From assembly GCA_041494705.1 (NCBI GenBank), contig JBGQBI010000001.1:180001-212000 (forward strand): a DNA stretch of 32,000 nucleotides, given 5' to 3'. The stretch is from Candidatus Methanoperedens sp. Its GTDB lineage: Archaea; Halobacteriota; Methanosarcinia; Methanosarcinales; Methanoperedenaceae. The notes under the pieces were generated by a model. That model made no database searches. It saw only the letters and a list, made by a program, of their open reading frames with translations, and was not told the origin of the DNA. Every line of letters starts with the position of its first letter. Position 1 is the first letter of the stretch. This document shows positions 8,063 through 16,484 of the stretch, in pieces. Made by a program: the position numbers and the translations under genes.

Positions 8063-9082
8063 ATGGATTTCGTAGAACTTGTACGGAAAAACCTCGAAGG
8101 GAAGCTGCGGATAGAGGACGGCAACTGCGGCACAACCCACAAGGTGTTAAAGGAGATTTCCAGGTTGGGAGGAAAAGCCGTGACATGGGAGCGGCCTGAC
8201 GGGGTTTATTCGAAGATAATTGATGACAAAGGGAATGTCGTGGGGGAGGGAGAAGGCATCACATGGCCGCCCGCAATCCTGTTCGCCATGGTAGAGGGAG
8301 GATTCTTCCCAAAACACATAGAATCCGAATTGACGAAGTCCCTGCAGTGCATTATAGATATGGAAAAAGTGGCTGACATCTATGGCTACGGCAGGGTGGT
8401 CACGCCTGTAGCTTCTGCGTATAACGAGGTCTGGAAAAACGGCGGCAGGGTGGCAATCAGGCGCAATTCATGGGGCGTAGAAGTGGCTTTCATAGACAAG
8501 GATGATAAGGAGATAGCAGTGGGTCCCATATCCTATTGCCCGACATGCGGGACAGCAGCAACCATCCCGCGGGCGCCCGAGCTTGCTGCGAAAATAAAAG
8601 AAGAGCTCAAGGACAAGAGAAATACGGGAAAGGAGAAATATGAGCGTGGGATTGAGAACTGGTTTTTCTTTAAGAATGACAGGGTGTGCTGCGAGATAAA
8701 GGAAAAAGGGGTCGTTCTGGGCAGGGCGCTGCGCTGCTGCATCGCCTACGCTGGTGTGGCAGCCGAAGTGCATGCAGGGATGGCAGGACCGAAATGGGGC
8801 GCATTATTCAAGGAATACTGCAGGATATGTCCTGTTAAGCTGTGCAGGAAAGGGAAAAATACCGGTGAAGAGGCGAATAACCTTCTAACCGCCCTTGAAA
8901 AAAAAGATATGAAAACCGATGTCGGGATAAACACTTATATCACCGCAATGGTGAAAAAGGACGGCGCGCTTATTGGAGAGGGAATCGGGACGGTTTGCGC
9001 TTTCTCATCGCTTCTTTATGCCGCTGCAAAATGCATACAGTTAAAGGCAGAAATCGAAGTGGTCAGGAGCGGCGATGCATGA
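8063..9082 (+). CDS. Cys-rich protein of unknown function with about four degenerate internal repeats
   Basis: A 339-aa ORF with 13 Cys, including the CPTC and CRIC pairs and two CC doublets. It is preceded by the TusA-like gene and overlaps hypA by 8 nt (ATGCATGA). I recognise no family. Confidence 0.65.
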   Translation: MDFVELVRKNLEGKLRIEDGNCGTTHKVLKEISRLGGKAVTWERPDGVYSKIIDDKGNVVGEGEGITWPPAILFAMVEGGFFPKHIESELTKSLQCIIDMEKVADIYGYGRVVTPVASAYNEVWKNGGRVAIRRNSWGVEVAFIDKDDKEIAVGPISYCPTCGTAATIPRAPELAAKIKEELKDKRNTGKEKYERGIENWFFFKNDRVCCEIKEKGVVLGRALRCCIAYAGVAAEVHAGMAGPKWGALFKEYCRICPVKLCRKGKNTGEEANNLLTALEKKDMKTDVGINTYITAMVKKDGALIGEGIGTVCAFSSLLYAAAKCIQLKAEIEVVRSGDA

Positions 9083-9440
9083 AATATCCATCGCCGGGGC
9101 CATTATAGATGCCGTACTTGATGCAGCCAAAAAAAATGATGCTAAAAAGGTGGAAGAGGTCTTCCTTGAGATAGGGGAACTTACTGCGCTCAATCCCGAC
9201 CAGTTGAAGTTCATTTTTGAAACAATTTCTGCGGGAACCGTGGCAGAGGGCGCAAGATATAATATCGAGATAGTCAAGCCTTTAATAAACTGCAAAAAAT
9301 GTTCATATAACGGCCCTATCGAATTCTTTGAAAAGCTTCATTTTTTCCTGCCCATAATAAAGTGCCCGGAATGCGGCGAGGCGGATATAGATATTATCGC
9401 AGGGCGCGAGTGCTGTGTTAAAAAAATAAAGATATCCTGA
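9075..9440 (+). CDS. hypA: Hydrogenase nickel-insertion protein HypA
   Basis: N-terminal 'MHEISIAGAII' is the MHE Ni-binding start. 'LEIGELTALNPDQLKFIFE' fits the family, and the zinc site is CKKC...CPEC. The 121-aa length also fits. Confidence 0.9.
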   Translation: MHEISIAGAIIDAVLDAAKKNDAKKVEEVFLEIGELTALNPDQLKFIFETISAGTVAEGARYNIEIVKPLINCKKCSYNGPIEFFEKLHFFLPIIKCPECGEADIDIIAGRECCVKKIKIS

Positions 9441-9441
9441 T

Positions 9442-9660
9442 TTAATCGCTTTCGCCTTTCAGGAGCTCGTTCACAATATCCTGCGTCCGAAGGCTTCCTT
9501 CTGCAACCCGCTTGACCATCGGATAAATATACCTGCAATCATCGATATTGTTCCAGACATCAGGACCGATGTCCCTTATGACCTTGTCCATTATCTTCGT
9601 GCATCCATCGCAAATTCCTTTTATGTTTGTCGTGGGTTTACCGCATATATCGCAATTCAT
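9442..9660 (-). CDS. Hypothetical small zinc-ribbon protein
   Basis: The 72-aa ORF begins 'MNCDICGKPTTNIKGICDGC' (CxxC-x10-CxxC). It is convergent with hypA, with a 1-nt gap. No family recognised. Confidence 0.45.
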   Translation of the reverse strand: MNCDICGKPTTNIKGICDGCTKIMDKVIRDIGPDVWNNIDDCRYIYPMVKRVAEGSLRTQDIVNELLKGESD

Positions 9661-9769
9661 AATTTTCCCCCTTACTTAATATCATCAAACTAAATAGATA
9701 AATAGATATTGCAGGCAACCTCCAAATCCTGCAAAACATTTATCAGGATTGCAAATAACAGGTAAAGCC

Positions 9770-10810
9770 ATGAAGCTCTTTGTCCCTTCGCCAGGGCACA
9801 TCAACAGCCTTAAAGAATTATTGACAGCAAAAGATAAGATATATTCCATATTCATGGCAGGCTCTCCTGACTATATCGGCACGGGCAGGAGCAATCTTGC
9901 ATCCCCGCAGCTTGAGGATATCGCGGCGCAGACAGAATATGCCCACAAGAACGGTGTGAGGATGGAGCTTGTACTGAATTCAAGCTGCATGGGCGGACGC
10001 CAGCTCACGCCTGAAGGTTACAGGATAAACCACTGGTACATAGAGAAACTGGTGGATATAGGGGTGGATTCCATTGTGGTTGCAGACCCGTATCTTGTGG
10101 AGATGATAGCAAGGGATTTTGATGTGAATGTGGTTGTCTCGGTGCTTGCTTTCGTGGACTCGCCGCAAAAGGCGGAATTCTTTGAGAATTTGGGCGCTGA
10201 TTCTATAGTCATCGATTCAAATGTAAACCGGCATTTTGATGTGCTTCATGCTATCCGAGACTCCGTGGATTGTGAACTCAAGCTTCTCGTGAACGAGGGT
10301 TGCCTCTATCGCTGCCCTTTCAGGTACGCCCATTTTAACTTTTTCTCACATGCTTTCGGACCAGAACCCAGACCCAACGTGCTGGACGATTATTATTACT
10401 ACAAATGCCTGGAATTAAGGATTGACAATCCTGAATTGATTATAAAATCCCCATGGATAAGACCTGAGGATATCAAGCTTTATAAGGATATCACGGACGT
10501 TTACAAGATTGGGGGCAGGACCCATTTTGTGGATTGGATCCTGAATTGCGTGAATGCATACCATAATGAGAGCTATGAGGGGAATCTCATGGATTTGCTG
10601 GACTGCCCCAAGGATTTAAAAGACCTGTTCTATATTCCCAATAAAAGCCTTGACGGTGTTCTTGAGAAGCAGTGGATGAACTGCAAGAAGGTTTGTAAAA
10701 AATGCGGTTACTGTAAGACTCTTACGAAGAAGGTCGCACAGGTTTATACAAAAGGCGGAACTGAGCTTGAGGCGCTTGCGCCATGGGAAACATATTCGGT
10801 GAAAGCATGA
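9770..10810 (+). CDS. Peptidase U32 family-like protein
   Basis: The layout matches U32 proteins. There is an N-terminal TIM-like region ('AQTEYAHKNGVRMELVLNSSC', 'GVDSIVVADPYLVEMI', 'LGADSIVIDS') followed by the Cys-containing segment 'LVNEGCLYRCPFRY'. I prefer the ATG at 9770 to the TTG at 9749. Confidence 0.65.
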   Translation: MKLFVPSPGHINSLKELLTAKDKIYSIFMAGSPDYIGTGRSNLASPQLEDIAAQTEYAHKNGVRMELVLNSSCMGGRQLTPEGYRINHWYIEKLVDIGVDSIVVADPYLVEMIARDFDVNVVVSVLAFVDSPQKAEFFENLGADSIVIDSNVNRHFDVLHAIRDSVDCELKLLVNEGCLYRCPFRYAHFNFFSHAFGPEPRPNVLDDYYYYKCLELRIDNPELIIKSPWIRPEDIKLYKDITDVYKIGGRTHFVDWILNCVNAYHNESYEGNLMDLLDCPKDLKDLFYIPNKSLDGVLEKQWMNCKKVCKKCGYCKTLTKKVAQVYTKGGTELEALAPWETYSVKA

Positions 10811-11190
10811 CAACATCAGAACTTTTAAAAAACAGAGCGGGATTTGAAGAAAAATTAAGGAAACTGATAGGCAGGCCAGTACTTTTAATCGAGCTTGACA
10901 TGTTCGCCCTGCCTTGCGGATGCGCGGGTATAACCGCGAACATGCGGGGGCTTGAGGTGGACGACCTTGATGTATTCGAGCCGCAGATACTGCCGTATCT
11001 TCAGGAAATGGCTGCAAACCTTAGTGTGAAACCAACCGTGACATTCGCAAGGCTTGTGCCCGGAAGTTCCATCGTTGCGTCGCTTAACTGGCGCACGCTA
11101 TGCAGCCGATGTTACCCTGAATTCGCAAGAGGCGAGGGGAAAACGCCGAGACCGGATTTGTATTTATTGCAGTTTGAGAGGAGAAAGTGA
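10807..11190 (+). CDS. Hypothetical protein coupled to the U32-like gene
   Basis: ATGA start/stop overlap with the U32-like gene (ATG 10807, TGA 10808-10810). It is 127 aa with Cys pairs 'LPCGCAG' and 'CSRC'. No family recognised. Confidence 0.5.
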   Translation: MTTSELLKNRAGFEEKLRKLIGRPVLLIELDMFALPCGCAGITANMRGLEVDDLDVFEPQILPYLQEMAANLSVKPTVTFARLVPGSSIVASLNWRTLCSRCYPEFARGEGKTPRPDLYLLQFERRK

Positions 11191-11191
11191 T

Positions 11192-11301
11192 TTGGATATA
11201 ACCTCGCTTCTAACAACCTTCGGGATTATCGCGCTTGCCGAATTTGGCGATAGACGTAGCTTACAGTAATCGCATTATCGGTTTGGCGGTGGATTTTATG
11301 A
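11192..11301 (+). pseudogene. Decayed N-terminal fragment of a UPF0016 (GDT1/TMEM165-like) membrane protein gene
   Basis: A TTG at 11192, with GGAG upstream, opens 'LDITSLLTTFGIIALAEFGD'. This matches the E-x-G-D-[KR]-[TS] motif context. It then reads 'RRSLQ*', while the +1 frame continues 'LTVIALSV', as expected after 'GDKTQ'. That pattern fits a 1-nt deletion plus a CAG-to-TAG change. No intact remainder is visible downstream. Confidence 0.35.
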
Positions 11302-11621
11302 AAACTGTGGAAAAGATATGTTTTTAAAATGACGGATAACCTTATATATTACATGTTCACGTATTGTTATATTGCAGGCATAATTATTATCATAACAATA
11401 AGCCTTATGTCCGAGCCCGAAACCTCCTACGGGTTGCTCCTCTGTTCGCTATTAGGGGGTGAAAATCCCCCCTCGGACAAAACTCTTCTGTTTTTAGAAC
11501 ATATTTCTTCCACGCCCAACCAACACTGCCATGAGGGGAGTGCAAAATATGTACTCATCATGTGCATCCGTTAGAACATCTTGAACGGTATAATAATTGT
11601 GGCAATAAAAAATAGAAGTGA

Positions 11622-11679
11622 TAACCGCAGATTAACTATAGATACAAGATAAGCCTACATCTATACGTATCTGCGGTTA
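11622..11679. terminator. Perfect 11-bp inverted repeat flanked by T-runs (possible bidirectional terminator)
   Basis: 'TAACCGCAGAT' (11622-11632) pairs with 'ATCTGCGGTTA' (11669-11679). 'CTTTTTCTTT' follows on the + strand, and a T-rich run follows on the - strand. It sits 9 nt beyond the stop of the minus-strand gltB-like gene. Confidence 0.4.
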
Positions 11680-11687
11680 CTTTTTCT

Positions 11688-13277
11688 TTACTCATCCAGT
11701 ATTGCTTCTGCCGTCTCTCGATATGCATTCATCACATAAGGAATGCCTGAAATCTTTGAAGCTTCTTCGGTCAGAGACATAACATCCTGGCGTCCGATAG
11801 TCGAAATATTGAACCTGCGCGAGCCTGCCATGAGCTGCTGCAAGCCTGTCCTGAACTTCTGGGCATAGGTGTAAATGCCTACTGCTCCCAGCGGGAGATT
11901 CTTCATGTCATCGCCGAATTTCTGGGCAAGCTCTTCATAGCATACGAATATCTCCTCAGGCCTGCTTCCGAACTCGGAAACCGTCTTTGGCAGATCGCCA
12001 TCTTTTATCCAGTTGCCGATATTCTTACCCACGAACCCGGGTATCATCAATGCCCTTCCCATGCATACCGCCTTGAAGTACGGCGAACCCATTGCCAGCG
12101 CTTTATACACGCCGTCCTCGCTTGAAAAGCCGCCTGCCATGGCAAGATCGGGTACTCTCATGCCTTTTTTGCTCAATTTTTCAGCGAACTCATATATCAA
12201 TGACTGGAGGTAGAATGTCGGTATTCCCCATTCTTCCATCATGGGCCAGGGGCTCATGCCAGTACCGCCGGGCGCGCCGTCTATTGTGAGCAGGTCTATC
12301 TTGGCTTCTGAGCAGTATTTTATTGCCATTGCAGCTTCAACCATTGAATAAGCGCCCGTCTTCAGTGTGACTCTCTTGAAACCAAGGTCACGCAAGCGGT
12401 CTACTTCTTCTAAGAATCCTTCCTTTGTGACAAATCCAAGTCTTGAGTGCCGCTCAAATTCCTTTATAGCTCCTTCCTTGTATGCAACCTTTATTGCCGG
12501 GTCTTCGGGGTCGGGCGTCACGATGTAACCTCTTTTCTTGAGTTCAACCGCGCGTTCGATGCTGTTGACTTTTATCTCGCCGCCTATGCATTTTGCGCCC
12601 TGCCCCCATTTAAGTTCGATTGTATCCAGGTCATGTTTCGAAGATACGTATTCGGCAACGCCGAGCCTTGTATCTTCAACATTCATCTGGACGAGGATTT
12701 CACCAAAACCTTCATAATATTTCTTGTAAGTGGTTATCCTGCGGTCCATTTCAGGTGAGCTCTTAATCTTCTTGTTGCTGTCAAGCACAAGTCCGGGGTC
12801 GATGCCGCACACGTTCTCACCGCATACAAGTGTAATTCCTGAAATTGCAGCCCCCGCTGCGAAGTGTTCCCAGTTCTTGCGTGCGATTTCGGTGGAGCCG
12901 AGCGCGCCTGTGAAAATCGGCACTTTCATGCGGACTTTCTTATCCCAGCCGTATTCGGTCTCTGTGTTTACTCTCGGGAATATAGCCGTATCCGGATTGG
13001 GCTCTTCTCCTTCAGGTAATCCCCATGCTCCAACTGCGTAGCCCTGTATGTTCAAATGGGAATAATCTACCGGATAGTTTTTGTCTGCGCCTGCGGTTAT
13101 GTTTCCAAAAGGGCCCGGATAAATCACTTCACGTCCCCTGAATGAGGATTTGAAGATTTCACAGTTGCCGCGGCAACCATCTATACACCGGGTGCATATC
13201 CCTGACATCGGGGATACGCTTTTTGAGCGATTAAAGGTCTGCGTCGCTTCATTCGCATTTGGTTGTCTAAGATTCAT
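11688..13277 (-). CDS. Glutamate synthase-related protein (GltB FMN-binding domain-2 homologue with an N-terminal Cys cluster)
   Basis: 'CTRCIDGCRGNCEIF' near the N-terminus suggests Fe-S binding. 'IDGAPGGTGMSPWPMMEEWGIPT' and 'LAMAGGFSSEDGVYKALAMG' are typical of the glutamate synthase FMN domain. GGAGG lies 7 nt upstream of the ATG. Confidence 0.85.
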   Translation of the reverse strand: MNLRQPNANEATQTFNRSKSVSPMSGICTRCIDGCRGNCEIFKSSFRGREVIYPGPFGNITAGADKNYPVDYSHLNIQGYAVGAWGLPEGEEPNPDTAIFPRVNTETEYGWDKKVRMKVPIFTGALGSTEIARKNWEHFAAGAAISGITLVCGENVCGIDPGLVLDSNKKIKSSPEMDRRITTYKKYYEGFGEILVQMNVEDTRLGVAEYVSSKHDLDTIELKWGQGAKCIGGEIKVNSIERAVELKKRGYIVTPDPEDPAIKVAYKEGAIKEFERHSRLGFVTKEGFLEEVDRLRDLGFKRVTLKTGAYSMVEAAMAIKYCSEAKIDLLTIDGAPGGTGMSPWPMMEEWGIPTFYLQSLIYEFAEKLSKKGMRVPDLAMAGGFSSEDGVYKALAMGSPYFKAVCMGRALMIPGFVGKNIGNWIKDGDLPKTVSEFGSRPEEIFVCYEELAQKFGDDMKNLPLGAVGIYTYAQKFRTGLQQLMAGSRRFNISTIGRQDVMSLTEEASKISGIPYVMNAYRETAEAILDE

Positions 13278-13502
13278 ATTTCCTCCAAGTTGGGTTTTTG
13301 AAGAAGACGGTGTCTATTTTTTCACGTTTCTTCTCATACATTGTAACAGTTTTTTCGCGTTCTCTCAAAAACGCTCGGAAGCGGAAGGGTGTTTCCTTTA
13401 TTTAAATCTTGCGAGATTCTCTTCTCTCGCTATTCTGTGCCATCTTACAACCTTTAAATTTAATCTCTCTGATAAAAAAGGTAAAAAAGCAGGAATCAAA
13501 TC

Positions 13503-14606
13503 CTACTTTTCTTTGCTGAATACCGCAGCTCTTGATATTGTTTCATGCGGGAAGGATTCTGCTAAGGCTTCCATTGCTTTTCTTATCGGTTTAACTACTT
13601 CCTGCGGTATGACAGGTGCGGGTTTTGCTTCTCCGGTGAGGAACGGGCATGTTACGCCTGTCAGCACAGCCATCACGCGCACCGCCCCGGTAAGCATCGG
13701 GTCAACCTTGGCTCCCCATATCACCCTTTTGGTATTCGGAACCTTATCCATTATCTGTTCTCCGGCTACAGCCACCTCTTCCAGCGTCAGGTCTTCGCCT
13801 CCCACGATGTGAATGAGTACACCGTATGCTGTCGATATGTCGGTGATATCGAGCAGGGGGGTCGATAACGCCTGCGAGACCGCTTTCTCCACGCGGTTCG
13901 CGCCGTCGCCTTCGCCAATTCCTATCGAGGAAATTCCTCCGCGTTCCATTATGGCGCGAAGGTCGGCATAATCCAGGTTAATAAGGCTCGGCTGGGTTAT
14001 GGCATCTGTCACGTTCTTGACAAAAGAACCTACAAGCGCGTTCGCTACGGCAAGCGCCTCTTTGAGGGGCAGGTTGCCTGCCACTTCCCTGAGTTTTGAA
14101 TTATCAATGACCACTATCGAATCGCAAACCTCGGCTAGTGCTCTTACGGCGTCACGCGCTTTTTCGCGCCTTGTCATTTCAATTGTGAATGGGATTGTAA
14201 CGCATGCAATTGTGAGAGCGCCCGCTTCTCTTCCAACGCCTGCAAAAACCGGGATTGCGCCTGTACCCGAGCCTCCTCCGAGACCTGCTACGAGGAATAG
14301 AAGATTGGTATCTTTCAAATCTTCCTTTATTTCGGCTAAATTCTCCTTTGCAGCTTCAGCTCCTCTTTCAGGGAATCCGCCGCAGCCGTGCCCTTTGCAC
14401 AGCTTCTCACCGAGCAGGATAATTTTATCTGCCCTTGTCATTGTGCTAAGATGCGAAGCATCCGTATTAGCACCGATTATTTTACCGCCGGCGAGTTTCT
14501 TGTCAGCAATCCATGTTACTATGTTGCAGCCAGCACCACCCAGGCCCACAACAGTCACAGATGGGCGTGATGTCTTTACCTTTTCCAATAATTCTTCTCG
14601 AGTCAT
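13503..14606 (-). CDS. ftsZ: FtsZ/tubulin-family GTPase (atypical FtsZ paralogue A)
   Basis: 'VVGLGGAGCNIV' is the T1 loop and 'AGLGGGSGTGAIPV' is the tubulin signature loop. 'NLDYADLRAIM' and 'VIWGAKVD' also fit. It aligns along its whole length with archaeal FtsZ as I remember it. Confidence 0.9.
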   Translation of the reverse strand: MTREELLEKVKTSRPSVTVVGLGGAGCNIVTWIADKKLAGGKIIGANTDASHLSTMTRADKIILLGEKLCKGHGCGGFPERGAEAAKENLAEIKEDLKDTNLLFLVAGLGGGSGTGAIPVFAGVGREAGALTIACVTIPFTIEMTRREKARDAVRALAEVCDSIVVIDNSKLREVAGNLPLKEALAVANALVGSFVKNVTDAITQPSLINLDYADLRAIMERGGISSIGIGEGDGANRVEKAVSQALSTPLLDITDISTAYGVLIHIVGGEDLTLEEVAVAGEQIMDKVPNTKRVIWGAKVDPMLTGAVRVMAVLTGVTCPFLTGEAKPAPVIPQEVVKPIRKAMEALAESFPHETISRAAVFSKEK

Positions 14607-14725
14607 AATCAGCCTCCGCTATTAACTCGTTTTGTTAGTATTTAAGTCTTTTTTTACAATAAAAAACATGAATGATACCACATTTTTATATATACCCAAA
14701 ACATAGAGAGAAAAAGGAGAAGCAA

Positions 14726-15046
14726 ATGATAGAAATTACAGAAGCTGCAGCAGCAGAATTAAAACAATTGCTTGAAAAAGAAAAAAAGACTGACCACGGA
14801 TTACGCGTATTCGCAGCCGGTTTTGGCTGCAGCGGAATACAGTATGGCCTGACGCTTGAAAAATCCCCAAAAAACGAAGATGTTGTTTCGGAAAGTAACG
14901 GAATAAAAATATTCTTCAATAAAGACATCCGGGATGATATCGATGAATTCAAAATCGATTACATCGATAATGAATATGGGAATGGGTTTGTTATAGATAA
15001 TCCCAATGCGGCAAAATGCGGTTCAGGCTGCAGTAGTTGCGGGTGA
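14726..15046 (+). CDS. HesB/IscA-family iron-sulfur cluster insertion protein
   Basis: 'MIEITEAAAAELKQLL', 'GLRVFAAGFGCSGIQYGL' and the C-terminal 'CGSGCSSCG' are typical of A-type carriers. The ATG at 14726 has a GGAG upstream. The ORF-track start at 14672 is probably too long. Confidence 0.85.
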   Translation: MIEITEAAAAELKQLLEKEKKTDHGLRVFAAGFGCSGIQYGLTLEKSPKNEDVVSESNGIKIFFNKDIRDDIDEFKIDYIDNEYGNGFVIDNPNAAKCGSGCSSCG

Positions 15047-15051
15047 GCTGA

Positions 15052-15405
15052 ATGTTCCCGGGTCTTGGCAGGGGCATAAATCCCCGAAAGATGGCTTCGA
15101 TGATGAAGCAGATGGGGATTGACGTAACTGAGATAGAAAATGTTGAAGAGGTGATTATCCGCACACCGCAGAAGGATATTATTTTTAAGGACGCAGAGGT
15201 CTCGATAATGGACGCCAGGGGTATGAAGACCTACCAGATAATTGGAACCCCGCAGGAAGTCATGCGTGAAATCAGGATACCGGATGAAGATGTAAAGCTT
15301 GTGATGGAGCAGGCAAAAACAAATGAGACCGATGCCATGAGCGCGCTTAAGGAATCAAAAGGGGATATTGCCGCAGCTATTTTGAAACTCAGTAGACCCG
15401 GTTAA
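15052..15405 (+). CDS. nac: Nascent polypeptide-associated complex protein (archaeal NAC)
   Basis: 'INPRKMASMMKQMGIDV' opens a NAC domain. The C-terminal UBA-like segment is 'EDVKLVMEQAKTNETDAMSALKESKGDIAAAILKL'. Confidence 0.85.
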   Translation: MFPGLGRGINPRKMASMMKQMGIDVTEIENVEEVIIRTPQKDIIFKDAEVSIMDARGMKTYQIIGTPQEVMREIRIPDEDVKLVMEQAKTNETDAMSALKESKGDIAAAILKLSRPG

Positions 15406-15925
15406 TTTTTAATTTTCTCATTAATGCCCTGATCCTTTGCTTAAAAATCAAAGGGGCAAGGGAACAAATAGAACCCAGAACCGCTCCTGCAATATCAGGC
15501 AGGCCCAATGTTTGTTTAAGGAATTCGTAAAGGGATATTCCCTGTTCGGAAGGCGGGAGAATATCTCCATGCGGGGAGGGAAGTTTTACAAAGTAAAAAA
15601 CAAAAATATATCCAAGAAATAAGGCTATTAAACCAAATAAAATATGTTCTCCGATATTCATTAAAGGTATGTCTTCATTGTATTTTTCATTTTCAGATAT
15701 ACTCCTGGAAAATAGGTTCTTTGCTCCAACGCCAAAGCCCCCGATCAAACCCGCGATGATTCCATCTGCGGGTGTAAAATAGTGGTAATCCAGCGATATT
15801 ATATAACTATAAGCAACCCCGCCATTCAATGAACCGGATAGGCCTAAAATAAGTGATGAACCTATAGATTTAATGAATCTGATTGATCTTGTGAAATAAG
15901 ATTTTTCTGTTATATTTTCTGCCAT
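15389..15925 (-). CDS. Hypothetical multi-pass membrane protein
   Basis: A 178-aa ORF with several Gly-rich hydrophobic segments, for example 'GIIAGLIGGFGVGA' and 'ILFGLIALFLGYIFVFYFV'. It is convergent with nac and overlaps it by 17 nt. No family recognised. Confidence 0.5.
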   Translation of the reverse strand: MAENITEKSYFTRSIRFIKSIGSSLILGLSGSLNGGVAYSYIISLDYHYFTPADGIIAGLIGGFGVGAKNLFSRSISENEKYNEDIPLMNIGEHILFGLIALFLGYIFVFYFVKLPSPHGDILPPSEQGISLYEFLKQTLGLPDIAGAVLGSICSLAPLIFKQRIRALMRKLKINRVY

Positions 15926-16484
15926 TTATTGCTAAACTCCTTTCCTCCAATTTAAACATATTGAATCCCAGGTTCTTCTTCGTTATTAATTCTTTTGAAA
16001 GAGCGTATCCGCAACTCTTATATACGATGGTGTGATAGTGGGGGAAGCCCGGTAATTAAGTTGCCAGGTATATGTAATGAACTTGTGTATAACGAAAACC
16101 ATACGCGAGGGAAAATAAAAACCAACATTTGGCTATTGTCTGATGAATAAACGCTAATTATACATACAAATTGTATAAATTAGAGAGGATTCTGGAAATC
16201 AGTGAATGTTCTGGTTTTTAGCAGTATATAATTAATTAACTCGCATATAAAAAACATATACGAGGGAAAGAGATATATACGGCAAAAAACATATTGTATG
16301 TTTCCTGTGTGATAGCAGGAAAATTGTATTGCAAAATACAAAAATTATTTATCACAATATTAATTCATGGTTAATATTTGGCGTCGGCCCAGATTGTAGG
16401 GAAAACCTGAATGTGAAGGGCTGTCTTCCAACCATGATACATGAAATGGAGACAAGAACGAAGGTTCTCGTCCGACATTGGCGT

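Noticed and set aside
11329-11574. An 81-aa plus-strand ORF in the unassigned region after the UPF0016 fragment.
   Set aside because: It has odd composition (an Ile/Tyr/Cys-rich start followed by a mixed tail), no RBS-like sequence, and no motif. It more likely falls by chance in decayed or intergenic DNA. The region itself is kept as a finding.
13150-14625. Plus-strand ORFs of 220 aa (13150-13812) and 208 aa (13999-14625).
   Set aside because: They are antisense to the FtsZ paralogue A gene and the gltB-like 5' region. Their Ala/Ser/Pro/Thr-rich translations are typical of shadow frames opposite a GC-rich codon pattern.
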